Origin: an uncultured Oscillospiraceae bacterium
GTDB lineage: Bacteria; Bacillota; Clostridia; Oscillospirales; QAMX01
Direction of reading: 5' to 3'
NCBI GenBank assembly: GCA_964461815.1
Contig: CAYWVF010000008.1
Span: 11,638 to 75,637 of the forward strand
DNA: 64,000 nt
Shown here one piece after another: positions 19,002-28,038 of the stretch. The notes beneath the pieces were generated by a model, which was given only the letters and a program-made list of their open reading frames with translations, did not search any database and was not told the origin of the DNA. A program made the translations under genes and the position numbers. Each line of letters opens with the position of its first letter. The first letter of the stretch is position 1.

Positions 19002-19679
19002 CTACATATAAGCACAGCCGTTTTCGATACGTATCATAACGTCCGCAGCATCGGCGACAGACCTGTCATGAGTTATAAGTATCACCGTTTTACCGCTGTC
19101 GGCAAGGCTTCTCAGGATATCGAGAATAGAGAGAGCACATTCACTGTCGAGGTTTCCCGTAGGCTCATCTGCTAGTATGATCGATGGGTCTGCTGCGATG
19201 GCACGTGCGATAGATGTGCGCTGCTGCTGCCCACCCGACATTTCCGCAGGCTTATGGTGTATCCTGTCACACAGCCCGACTGCTTTCAGTGCGCCGAGTG
19301 CGGCATCCCTGCGCTCACGCTTCCCTATCCCACGAAAGGTCAGCGGAAGCATCACATTTTCAAGCGCATCTATCTGCGATATCAGGTTGAAGCTCTGGAA
19401 TACAAAGCCGAAGACAGAGGAACGAAGCTCTGTACGCCTGCGACTGCTTGCAAGTGAAAGATTCTCATCCTGCAAAAAATAATCACCGCTGTCGGGACGA
19501 TCCAGACAGCCGAGTATCGATAGCAGAGTGGATTTTCCGGAGCCTGACGGCCCGAATACAGCTACGAGCTTCCCCTCGGGAATAGTTACGGAGACATTTT
19601 TAAGTGCCTCGACACAGCTGCCGCAGCGTTTGTACGTTTTTGAGATATTTTTAAGTTCGATCACAATAAACACCGCCAT
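19002..19679 (-). CDS. ABC transporter ATP-binding protein (MacB/LolD/FtsE-like), no permease gene adjacent
   Basis: Walker A GPSGSGKST, signature MSGGQQQR, Walker B ILADEPTGNLD. The start is uncertain because there is no SD upstream of the ATG at 19679. Confidence 0.8.
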   Translation of the reverse strand: MAVFIVIELKNISKTYKRCGSCVEALKNVSVTIPEGKLVAVFGPSGSGKSTLLSILGCLDRPDSGDYFLQDENLSLASSRRRTELRSSVFGFVFQSFNLISQIDALENVMLPLTFRGIGKRERRDAALGALKAVGLCDRIHHKPAEMSGGQQQRTSIARAIAADPSIILADEPTGNLDSECALSILDILRSLADSGKTVILITHDRSVADAADVMIRIENGCAYM

Positions 19680-19722
19680 AATAACATATTTATACATTAT
19701 TATGGCAATTACGGAGGAAATT

Positions 19723-20616
19723 ATGCAACTGTTCAATAATGAATTCAACTGGTACAAGGGAAATTTGCATACACATACGACAGTGAGTGACGGAGCTCTG
19801 TCACCGAAGGAAGTACTTCGCCTGTATAAGGAGAACGGCTACGATTTCATAGCGATCACCGACCACGACAGACTCAGTAAGCCCGGGATCGATGAGGGAA
19901 TGCTGATGCTTTCGGGAATAGAGCTTGCATTCAACGATATGGAGACAAGAGTCGCATACCATATCGTAGGTATAAATACAGACGAGCATACAGCCGACGG
20001 TATCGACTGCTCAATGTGGGAGCATAAGCCTCAGGCGATAATCGATCATATAAAGTCGCATGGAGGACTCGCCGTACTTTGCCACCCCGACTGGTCACTC
20101 ATGGGAATACATGATGCAATGGCTCTCACGGGCTACGATGCGGTCGAGATAATGAATTCCGTGTCCGACCCCGAGGCAAGAGGAAACAGCTCGAACTTCT
20201 GCGATGCACTTATTGCCAGAAGCAGGAAGAATTTCCGTACCTTTGCATCCGATGATGCACACTTCTACAACGGTGATGCATGCTACAGTGCAGTCTATGT
20301 CAACGCAAGGTCATTGACCACGGAGGATATCATGGAAGCTCTTTATGCAGGAAACTTCTATTCATCCTGCGGCCCGAGATTTACGAGCATTAACGTTGAA
20401 AAGGGAAAGATCACTGTACAGGCATCCCCCGTTAAGCTTATAAGATTTATGAGTGACAGCTTCTACACTCCGCACCGCCGCAAGCTTTGCGATACCTGTG
20501 ACAATTACGCAGAGTATCCCATCGACTCGAATGACAATTTTGTACGTGTCGAGCTTGTTGACGCTAACGGCAGACGTGCATGGAGTCAGTATATAGACGT
20601 CAGAGCGTACAGATGA
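19723..20616 (+). CDS. PHP-domain metallophosphoesterase (CehA/McbA-like)
   Basis: GNLHTHTTVSDG and FIAITDHD motifs. The ATG at 19723 has GGAGG 5 nt upstream. The upstream part of the track ORF overlaps the ABC gene and is discarded. Confidence 0.75.
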   Translation: MQLFNNEFNWYKGNLHTHTTVSDGALSPKEVLRLYKENGYDFIAITDHDRLSKPGIDEGMLMLSGIELAFNDMETRVAYHIVGINTDEHTADGIDCSMWEHKPQAIIDHIKSHGGLAVLCHPDWSLMGIHDAMALTGYDAVEIMNSVSDPEARGNSSNFCDALIARSRKNFRTFASDDAHFYNGDACYSAVYVNARSLTTEDIMEALYAGNFYSSCGPRFTSINVEKGKITVQASPVKLIRFMSDSFYTPHRRKLCDTCDNYAEYPIDSNDNFVRVELVDANGRRAWSQYIDVRAYR

Positions 20617-21998
20617 GACAGCTTCCTGAGAAATTTACAGCCATGATGCGTCCTCTTGCTGGTGATGCATTGATAGACGCACTTGAAAACGGTGAGCCGA
20701 AGCGAGGCTTGAGGGTAAATACGCTGAGACTGTCGTCAGAGGAGTTTAAAAGTATATCACCGTTCGGCTTAGAAGCTTCACCGCTTTGCCCCGACTCATT
20801 CATTATAGGTAACGATGAGCCTGCGGGAGTATGTGCATATCATGATGCAGGGCTATATTATCTGCAAGAGCCGAGCGCATCGAGCGTAGGTGAGGCGGCA
20901 GGTGCTGCACCGGGGATGAGAGTGCTCGATCTATGTGCTGCACCGGGAGGTAAATCCACGCATATCGCAGCAAAGCTTCGTGGAGAGGGTATACTTATTT
21001 CAAACGAGTGCGTAGGCTCACGTGTGAAGCCGCTGAGATCGAACCTTGAGCGCATGGGTGTGAGGAATGCAGCCATCACGAGCATGATGCCGTACGACCT
21101 TCGAAAGCATTTCATGGAGAGCTTTGACCTTGTGCTGACAGATGCACCGTGCTCCGGCGAGGGTATGTTCAGGCGTGAAAAAAATGCGCTGACCGAGTGG
21201 ACATACGAACATGCTCTATCCTGTGCCGAGCGTCAGACAGCTATTCTTGAGGATGCCGCCGCCATGACAGCGGTCGGTGGTGCGCTAGTCTACTCGACAT
21301 GCACTCTTAACGTGTATGAAAATGAGATGGTCATAGACAGCTTCCTGACCGCACATCCGGAATTTGAGATGGAAGAGATAGAGCACTTGAGTGCTTACAG
21401 TGCAAAGCCGGAGTGGTGCGGAGCTTCACATGAGAACATACGACTTGCAGCCAGGCTGATGCCGCACATCGTACCGGGTGAGGGTCATTTCGTAGCGAAA
21501 ATGCGTAAGCTAGACAGTCATGAAAGCGTCTCAAGACAGGAGAAAAGCTCATCACGGTACAAGCAGTGCGGAAAGGTCAGGCTCAGAGCACTGACAAGGG
21601 ATGAAAATGCATTATTCAGCTCATTTTGGAGCGATAATTTCAGCTCAGAGCCGTGGTACGAGCCTCTTGTATACGGTGACAATGTGTATCTCATTGCACC
21701 GGGCGTGCGTGAGCTGAGCATAGCCATTGCACAGGGAGTGCATGTCGGAGCGTTCAAGACAAAGCGGTTCGAGCCGACACATTCACTTTACATGGCAGCC
21801 GAGCCGAGGACAGTACTGCGAAGACTGGAGCTTGACGAGGACAGCTACAGAAGCTATGTGAGCGGAAGCGAGATCGAATGCAGCGAAAACGGCTATTGTG
21901 CCGTCACGGTGAGCGGATATATTATAGGATATGGAAAAGCATCCGGCGGAATACTTAAGAATAAGTACCCCACCGGACTGCGTAGAAGTATTAATTGA
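20613..21998 (+). CDS. RsmB/RsmF-family rRNA cytosine-C5 methyltransferase
   Basis: DLCAAPGGKST (SAM site), DAPCSGEGMFRR and YSTCT (catalytic Cys motifs). An ATGA overlap couples it to the PHP gene stop. Confidence 0.85.
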   Translation: MRQLPEKFTAMMRPLAGDALIDALENGEPKRGLRVNTLRLSSEEFKSISPFGLEASPLCPDSFIIGNDEPAGVCAYHDAGLYYLQEPSASSVGEAAGAAPGMRVLDLCAAPGGKSTHIAAKLRGEGILISNECVGSRVKPLRSNLERMGVRNAAITSMMPYDLRKHFMESFDLVLTDAPCSGEGMFRREKNALTEWTYEHALSCAERQTAILEDAAAMTAVGGALVYSTCTLNVYENEMVIDSFLTAHPEFEMEEIEHLSAYSAKPEWCGASHENIRLAARLMPHIVPGEGHFVAKMRKLDSHESVSRQEKSSSRYKQCGKVRLRALTRDENALFSSFWSDNFSSEPWYEPLVYGDNVYLIAPGVRELSIAIAQGVHVGAFKTKRFEPTHSLYMAAEPRTVLRRLELDEDSYRSYVSGSEIECSENGYCAVTVSGYIIGYGKASGGILKNKYPTGLRRSIN

Positions 21999-23394
21999 AT
22001 TTAAGAGCTCTCGGAATAACACCGTCGGGGATAGGGCAGACATAGCTGCTGCCGCCTCGGCGGTCATTTAGTTCTTCACGAGCTTTTTCGATGAGCTTGG
22101 GATCGTTCATAATATCGTAAGCCGTATATGCAAGCACTTTTGCGGCACATTCCATACCGTGGAAGCCGATAGAGCTTGAGGATGAGGCTGTTGTCTGCCA
22201 TGAGTGAGACGGAGTACCGAGCGGAGCACATGCGATGTTGAGTCTTGCGGTAGGAATGCATGAGCTGACGTCGCCGACATCCGTAGAGCCGGAGGTGACC
22301 AGCTCGGGATCGGGAGCAAAGGGACTGATATATGTAGCGAGTGCGCCTGAAAAATCCTCGGGAGCGTCATAGGGGATAGCAGCACCGCCGTAGCTTTCCG
22401 AGATAGCTTCCGCAAGAGCATGGTCGGCATCGGTAAACCTCGGAGCACCGACAGCCTTCAGGTTTTCGTACATGACCCTTGCAAGAGTGACGTTAGGGAT
22501 AACGCCGGAGCATGCCTTGACAAAGTCCATCTCCACGCTCGTACCTGTCATGAGCGCCGCACCACGTGCGATATCATTGACACGTTCAAAAAGACCGTGT
22601 ACCTCATCTATGAACGGTGCTCGCATGAGATAGAGAACAGATGCATTCGCCTGTACGACATTCGGAGAATAGCCGCCCGTATCGGTGATAGCGTAGTGGA
22701 CTCTGTAGGTCGTGGGGATATGCTCTCTCAGGAACTGCACTCCGATATTCATAAGCTCGACCGCATCGAGCGCGCTTCTCCCCTTTTCGGGCGAGCCTCC
22801 GGCATGTGATGCGATACCGTGGAAATGGTATATCGCCTGATAGTTTGCGAGAGTCCTGCTCACCTCGACAGCGTTTACAGATGCAGGATGCCAGTCGAGC
22901 GCAAAGTCAGCCTGCTCGAACAGTCCCTCACGTGCCATGAATGTCTTACCCGAGCCGCCCTCCTCTGCCGGACAGCCGAAGTATACTACTCTGCCCTTGA
23001 GCTCACCTGCTTCAATGGCACGTTTGAGAAGTATCGCCGCTCCGAGTGATGCTGCTCCGAGAAGATTGTGACCGCAGCCGTGACCGTTGCCGCCGGGTGT
23101 GACAGGCTCCTCTGACGGTGACGCTGCCTTTTGACTCAGCCCGGAAAGAGCATCATACTCACCGAGCAGTGCGATACACGGAGAATGATCACCGTACGAA
23201 GCTGTAAATGCAGTGTCTATCCCTGCTGCATTGCGGCATATGTCAAACCCCTCATCCTCGAGAAGGTCGATGAGCACCTTGACCGACTCATGCTCCGTAT
23301 ATGCAGTCTCGGCATAGCTCCATATCTTCATTGATGCCGTCGTGAGCTTGTCATAAAGCTCCGATGTGACCTCAAATAATGTGCTTTTGTCCAC
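21991..23394 (-). CDS. M20-family amidohydrolase (AbgB-like)
   Basis: 467 aa with the GHGCGHNLLG metal-binding motif and GCPAEEGGSGK. Confidence 0.8.
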   Translation of the reverse strand: MDKSTLFEVTSELYDKLTTASMKIWSYAETAYTEHESVKVLIDLLEDEGFDICRNAAGIDTAFTASYGDHSPCIALLGEYDALSGLSQKAASPSEEPVTPGGNGHGCGHNLLGAASLGAAILLKRAIEAGELKGRVVYFGCPAEEGGSGKTFMAREGLFEQADFALDWHPASVNAVEVSRTLANYQAIYHFHGIASHAGGSPEKGRSALDAVELMNIGVQFLREHIPTTYRVHYAITDTGGYSPNVVQANASVLYLMRAPFIDEVHGLFERVNDIARGAALMTGTSVEMDFVKACSGVIPNVTLARVMYENLKAVGAPRFTDADHALAEAISESYGGAAIPYDAPEDFSGALATYISPFAPDPELVTSGSTDVGDVSSCIPTARLNIACAPLGTPSHSWQTTASSSSSIGFHGMECAAKVLAYTAYDIMNDPKLIEKAREELNDRRGGSSYVCPIPDGVIPRALKFN

Positions 23395-23459
23395 TTTATA
23401 TGACTCCTTATATAGTGATAATATATTATAGCATAATAAATTATCAAAAACAAGCGAAG

Positions 23460-24368
23460 CTATGACAAAAACATATCCACGTCCTCGATGGTGATACCGT
23501 CGTGCAGCGAGACGTTCACTGCATAGCCTATGAGCTTCGATATATCCGACACACGCTGATCTATCTCCTTTGGCGTGACAATCACTCCCGACAGCTCACC
23601 CAGCTTATCGGGCGGCTCGATACCGCATTCCTCTATCAGATCGGCGGTGAGCGTAGCTGCATCCACAACTGTAGGTACTCCGACTGCGATCACAGGCACA
23701 CCGAGTGTAGCTTCATTTAGCGCACCTCTCGAATTGCCGATACCCGAGCCCGGAATTATGCCGCTGTTACTGAGCTGTACGGTAGAGCATAGTCGGTCGA
23801 GTCTGCGTGATGCGAGAGCATCAACGGCGATAACAAGCTCGGGCTTTATGCTCTCGACTGCGGAGCAAACAAGCTCACTGCTTTCTATGCCCGTAGTGCC
23901 GAGCACTCCGACTCTCAGTGCAGCTACAGAGCGAAAGGAGCCGAAGTATTCCGGAAGCTGCTGCTTGGCATGGCGAGTTACCATGATATTTTTCACCGTA
24001 AGCGGGCCGATAGCATCCGGAGTTATGCAGTCGTTGCCAAGTCCGACCACAAGCACGCATGAGTCTTTGCCGATATGCGTCAGCCCTCGAAGCTCGGCTG
24101 CAACCGTGGTGACTGCATTTGCAAAAGCGTCCTCCTCACGGCGCAGAAATGCACCGATATCCACCGTTATATACTCTCCGACACTCTTACCGACGGCACG
24201 AGCACCTGCATCGTTCTCGATCGTTACCTTTGTTACGGTGAATCCGCTTTTTTCCTGTTGAATAGCTGTTACACCGTCTATTTTGTCAAGACCGGAGGTG
24301 CTTTTTGTAAGCTCATGCGCTTCACATGCAAGATCGGTGCGACGTGCGACGATAAATCTATCTCCCAT
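23460..24368 (-). CDS. gpr: GPR germination (spore) protease
   Basis: RTDLACEA..., VVGLGNDCITPDAIGP, VTRH and VIAVGVPTVVDA follow the GPR pattern. GGAGG lies 6 nt before the ATG at 24368. Confidence 0.85.
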   Translation of the reverse strand: MGDRFIVARRTDLACEAHELTKSTSGLDKIDGVTAIQQEKSGFTVTKVTIENDAGARAVGKSVGEYITVDIGAFLRREEDAFANAVTTVAAELRGLTHIGKDSCVLVVGLGNDCITPDAIGPLTVKNIMVTRHAKQQLPEYFGSFRSVAALRVGVLGTTGIESSELVCSAVESIKPELVIAVDALASRRLDRLCSTVQLSNSGIIPGSGIGNSRGALNEATLGVPVIAVGVPTVVDAATLTADLIEECGIEPPDKLGELSGVIVTPKEIDQRVSDISKLIGYAVNVSLHDGITIEDVDMFLS

Positions 24369-24475
24369 TTTTATCCTCCGACTTTTTATTTTCACATATA
24401 TGCGACCGTCTGTTATTATCCTGCTTTTTTACTCGTATTTTCATGAAATAATGCTCCTTTCGGGCAAAATAAAAG

Positions 24476-24510
24476 CCTCATGCATTTAGTATTACCTAAA
24501 ATGCATGAGG
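24476..24510. terminator. hairpin terminator after the secreted-protein gene, T-rich on both sides
   Basis: 12-bp perfect stem cctcatgcattt / aaatgcatgagg. The minus strand then reads cttttattttg. Confidence 0.75.
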
Positions 24511-24528
24511 TTATTTTTAAAGAATATT

Positions 24529-25581
24529 TCAGATGATCCAGAAGTTTACATTTTTAACGACGGAATCACTGTTCGTGATATAGACGATCGTGGAGTCGGA
24601 GGATTCGCCGAGTCTTCTGTAATGAGCGTGTGACGAGATGAGCTTGCTCCACTCCTCGTTGCTGACAGCTACTATCGTTGCAGAGTCGGAATCGGAGGAG
24701 TACGATGTTTCGATATGATCTTCATTGTGGATGAGCACGTTTATTTCCTGAGTTGACGTGTCGTCGGAGGTGAACATGTAAGCATAGCCGACCTCAGACT
24801 TTATCATACGTCCGCTTTCAAATGCGTTATCGATCAGAACACGTGTAATATCGGTAGACATATAGGTCGTCCATGAGGTATTGACAACGTGTGCAGCTGC
24901 GTGAATACGCTTACCGTTGTGAGTGTAGTAGGATGAGCCTACCTTGAGAACATAGGTATCGTTGCCGCGCTCGGCTGTTACTGACTGTGTATCGCCGTCC
25001 CATGATACTGTATAGCCGAAGGCTTCAAGGGTCTTCCTGACGGGTGACATAGGAACTGAATTTACAGTCGTTTTGAAGCTTGCCAGCATTGCTTCTGCGA
25101 TATCCTCATCACTTTGATGGAGCGGAGTGTATATTTTATCTATATGGTTGAGTGAGGCTGTGAGTGCATCGTAGCGCTTGCCTACAGCATCCTCGTAGAT
25201 GTTTTCGTATGTTTTGTATGCGTAGGTGTAGCCGTTTTGATTGAACAGCGGCAATATTCCGCTTTCCGTCACCTTGTCGGTAAAGTCCTTTTCGTCTATG
25301 ACAAAAAGAGTGACGACATTTGAGCGTATGCCGGAGATCTCATAATCCTCGGGGTAGAAGGATACGTTGAGCTGATACTTGAAGATGGAGTGCTTTGATT
25401 CGTAGCCGGATATTTCGGTATTTCTGAGCCAAAGCTTTGGCATCCTCAATGCGAAATCATAATCATTATTATAATAGAGTGTGTAGAGTCTGCCGTCATC
25501 TGAAGCGGATGCGGTGAACGTACAGGAAAAAAGCATTATGACGGCGATGAGTATTATCGAAAATCTGGTATACTTTTTCAT
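24529..25581 (-). CDS. secreted hypothetical protein with a copper-amine-oxidase-N-terminal-like (stalk) domain
   Basis: Signal peptide MKKYTRFSIILIAVIMLFSCTFTASA. The segment VRKTLEAFGYTVSWDGDTQSVTAERGNDTYVLKVGS matches the Cu_amine_oxidN1-type repeat pattern. Confidence 0.6.
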   Translation of the reverse strand: MKKYTRFSIILIAVIMLFSCTFTASASDDGRLYTLYYNNDYDFALRMPKLWLRNTEISGYESKHSIFKYQLNVSFYPEDYEISGIRSNVVTLFVIDEKDFTDKVTESGILPLFNQNGYTYAYKTYENIYEDAVGKRYDALTASLNHIDKIYTPLHQSDEDIAEAMLASFKTTVNSVPMSPVRKTLEAFGYTVSWDGDTQSVTAERGNDTYVLKVGSSYYTHNGKRIHAAAHVVNTSWTTYMSTDITRVLIDNAFESGRMIKSEVGYAYMFTSDDTSTQEINVLIHNEDHIETSYSSDSDSATIVAVSNEEWSKLISSHAHYRRLGESSDSTIVYITNSDSVVKNVNFWII

Positions 25582-25610
25582 TGTTGTGACTACCTCTTGA
25601 TGCATTAATT

Positions 25611-25642
25611 AAGCTGACGCCGCATATATGCGAAATCAGCTT
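25611..25642 (-). terminator. possible terminator hairpin after murA (weak U tract)
   Basis: Outer stem aagctga / tcagctt encloses the palindrome cgcatatatgcg. The downstream sequence is only moderately T-rich. Confidence 0.35.
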
Positions 25643-25666
25643 GAAGGTCGTTGTAAATTTTCAGGC

Positions 25667-26965
25667 TCAGACGGACGCACCGTAGACCTCGTCCTCGCTC
25701 CTGACATCGACTGTCTTGATATCAGCGCCGAGTGACTTGAGCTTGTCGATGATGTTTTCATATCCACGCTCGATGTGTTCTATGCCGGAGATCTCGGTAA
25801 CACCCGAGGCTGCCATACCGGCGATAACGAGTGCGCTTCCGGCTCTTAGATCACATGCTTCTATTGGCGCACCCGAGAGCGTCTTCACACCCTCGATGAT
25901 AGCGCTTGAGCCATCCACCTGCACCTTAGCGCCCATGCGCTTAAGCTCATCCATATATTTGAATCTGTTCGGCCAAACCGTCTCTGTCAGTATGCTTGTG
26001 CCCTTCGCAAGACACAGAAGTACAGCCGTCTGGGGATTCATATCTGTCGGATATCCCGGATAGGGCAGTATCTTTATATTAGTACGTGTAAGCTCACCTG
26101 TTCTGCGTACTATTATAGCGTCGCCCAGATCCTCTACCTCAACACCCATCTCCGCAAGCTTTACCGAGATGCATTCGAGGTGCTTCGGGATGACATTGTT
26201 TATTTTTATCTCGCCGCCGGTAGCAGATACCGCTGCCATATATGTGCCGGCTTCGATCTGATCGGGGATGATGGAGTAAAATCCGCCGCGGAGCTGATTG
26301 ACACCGCGTATTTTGATAACATCCGTACCTGCGCCCTTGATATCGGCACCCATGGTGTTAAGGAAGTTCGCAAGATCTACGACATGAGGCTCTCTTGCCG
26401 CATTTTCAAGTATCGTCAGACCCTGAGCCTTGACAGCAGCCATCATAGCGTTCATTGTAGCGCCTACGCTGTTGACGTCGAAGTATACATGCGAGCCTAT
26501 CAAGCCCTGTGAAGCATCGGCATGAACGATACCGTTTTTCACATCGACAGTAGCACCGAGCTGCTCAAAGCTTTTTATATGCTGATCGATAGGACGAACA
26601 CCGCCGAAGTTACAGCCGCCGGACATAGATACATGTGCTGTTTTGAATCGACCGAGAAGTGCGCCGATAAAGTAATATGATGCACGTGTTTTTCTTGTGA
26701 GATCGTCGAAAAGTGCCTTAGATGTACGTATTCTTGAACAGTTGATCTTAACGGTCTTATCGTCTATGAGCTTGACATGTGCGCCGAGCTTTTTCAAAAT
26801 ATTCAAATGAACAGTTACATCACTGATCTTCGGCACATTCTCAATAATGCATGTCCCCTCTACCAGTACGGTAGCGGTAACGATGGCAAGAGCTGCATTT
26901 TTTGCACCGCTTACAGAGACTTCACCATATAAAGGCTTTCCGCCGTTAATAATATATTTTTCCAT
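25667..26965 (-). CDS. murA: UDP-N-acetylglucosamine 1-carboxyvinyltransferase
   Basis: The N-terminus is MEKYIINGGKPLYGEVSVSGAKNAAL, and the active-site region is GGCNFGGVRPID. Length is about 432 aa. Confidence 0.95.
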   Translation of the reverse strand: MEKYIINGGKPLYGEVSVSGAKNAALAIVTATVLVEGTCIIENVPKISDVTVHLNILKKLGAHVKLIDDKTVKINCSRIRTSKALFDDLTRKTRASYYFIGALLGRFKTAHVSMSGGCNFGGVRPIDQHIKSFEQLGATVDVKNGIVHADASQGLIGSHVYFDVNSVGATMNAMMAAVKAQGLTILENAAREPHVVDLANFLNTMGADIKGAGTDVIKIRGVNQLRGGFYSIIPDQIEAGTYMAAVSATGGEIKINNVIPKHLECISVKLAEMGVEVEDLGDAIIVRRTGELTRTNIKILPYPGYPTDMNPQTAVLLCLAKGTSILTETVWPNRFKYMDELKRMGAKVQVDGSSAIIEGVKTLSGAPIEACDLRAGSALVIAGMAASGVTEISGIEHIERGYENIIDKLKSLGADIKTVDVRSEDEVYGASV

Positions 26966-27044
26966 AACAATCTCCAGTCCGCCGACGTCAGCGGTCAAAT
27001 AATACGTCGATACTTATGATGCATAGTCATATCGATTATTGACA

Positions 27045-27101
27045 GGATGCAATGCTTTGATACGGATGCACTTAAATTCCGAAGCAAATATTGCAGGATG
27101 C
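27045..27101 (-). repeat. three direct copies of GGATGC (GCATCC in the mRNA sense) in the murA leader
   Basis: GGATGC occurs at 27045, 27064 and 27096. The outer two extend to ATTG(A)CAGGATGC. A degenerate fourth copy, AGATGC, lies at 27110. Confidence 0.6.
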
Positions 27102-27155
27102 GTTAGCTGAGATGCACATGCATAAATATAACATCATATTATACATAAGTACTAT

Positions 27156-27185
27156 ATTATACCACGAAAAATAGTATTATGTCAA
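27156..27185 (-). promoter_or_regulatory. sigma-A promoter upstream of murA
   Basis: On the minus strand: TTGACA, 18-nt spacer, TATAAT. This implies a leader of about 180 nt. Confidence 0.6.
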
Positions 27186-27199
27186 CCTTTTAATAATAT

Positions 27200-28024
27200 T
27201 TAATAAGTTTCGCTTAGAACGATGCTCCCGTCGGTCGCACTGATATAGGTGCTGTTCCCGTCTGCTGTTATTTTTAGCACAGGAAGCAAAATTATTCCTA
27301 TCTTTGTCATTTGCTGCACGATATATCCGTTTTCCACATTATCGATCGAGATAGTATTTACACCGCTGCGCTCCATATGCTCGACATACTTGATGATAAG
27401 CCCGGGAGGATCGATTTCGGTGTAGTCATCGAGCGCGACACCGTCACCTGTGAACCATCGCCCGGAGACCGTCGCACGGTCGTTTTCCTCACACCGTATG
27501 ACGAGCGAGCAGTTCATCACGCTGTCACCGCCAAGCCTCTTGTTGATCGTCAGAGTAAAGCCCAGCTCATCCGATTCGGCGGTGTACCCTGCTGTATGGA
27601 TGCCTGCGGCTTCAAGATAAGCGATAAGGACTGCTTCGTCACCGCTGTTGTATATACCGGGGACAGTGATATCAGCATCGAGCAAGGCTCCGCTTCGCCA
27701 CGTCGCAGTACCGTTGACTCCTGCGACGGTGATCGTGCTGCCTGCGGAGGTGACTTTATCTCCATTCACAAGAGATGAGGCGATGGCGATCTCGCTGTCC
27801 TCGGAGCGTTCTATGACTGTTGTTTTACGACTCCTGTTTTTTTCGGGTATGATATTTTCATCTATCGATATACCCTTGGAGTTCAGATATGCTACCGTGC
27901 CTGCGCTTGCCTCCTTCATGGCGATACGCTCATCCCGCATGAGTGAATAGAGATTTAGCAGCAGGAAGATATTTACCGCAGCGAGCAGCAGAATGATAAT
28001 GTTTTTTACTTTTTTCCACTCCAA
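27200..28024 (-). CDS. YycI-like membrane-anchored regulator of the WalK-type kinase
   Basis: TTG start with AAGGAG 9 nt upstream. The N-terminus (M)EWKKVKNIIILLLAAVNIFLL resembles the YycI MDWNKTK...FLILNxFL anchor. Length is about 274 aa. Confidence 0.6.
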   Translation of the reverse strand: MEWKKVKNIIILLLAAVNIFLLLNLYSLMRDERIAMKEASAGTVAYLNSKGISIDENIIPEKNRSRKTTVIERSEDSEIAIASSLVNGDKVTSAGSTITVAGVNGTATWRSGALLDADITVPGIYNSGDEAVLIAYLEAAGIHTAGYTAESDELGFTLTINKRLGGDSVMNCSLVIRCEENDRATVSGRWFTGDGVALDDYTEIDPPGLIIKYVEHMERSGVNTISIDNVENGYIVQQMTKIGIILLPVLKITADGNSTYISATDGSIVLSETY

Positions 28025-28038
28025 AGCTTTCACACTCC

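Noticed and set aside
19528-19722. N-terminal 65 codons of the track ORF 19528-20616, which overlap the ABC ATPase gene.
   Set aside because: The ATG at 19723 has a strong GGAGG, and PHP-domain homology begins only there. The upstream part is an open-frame artefact antisense to the ABC gene.
24369-24475. Forespore sigma-F/G-type promoter upstream of gpr.
   Set aside because: This is expected biologically. However, the candidate GGATA...CATATAT elements have the wrong spacing (about 14 nt) for the consensus I remember, so the call is not supportable.
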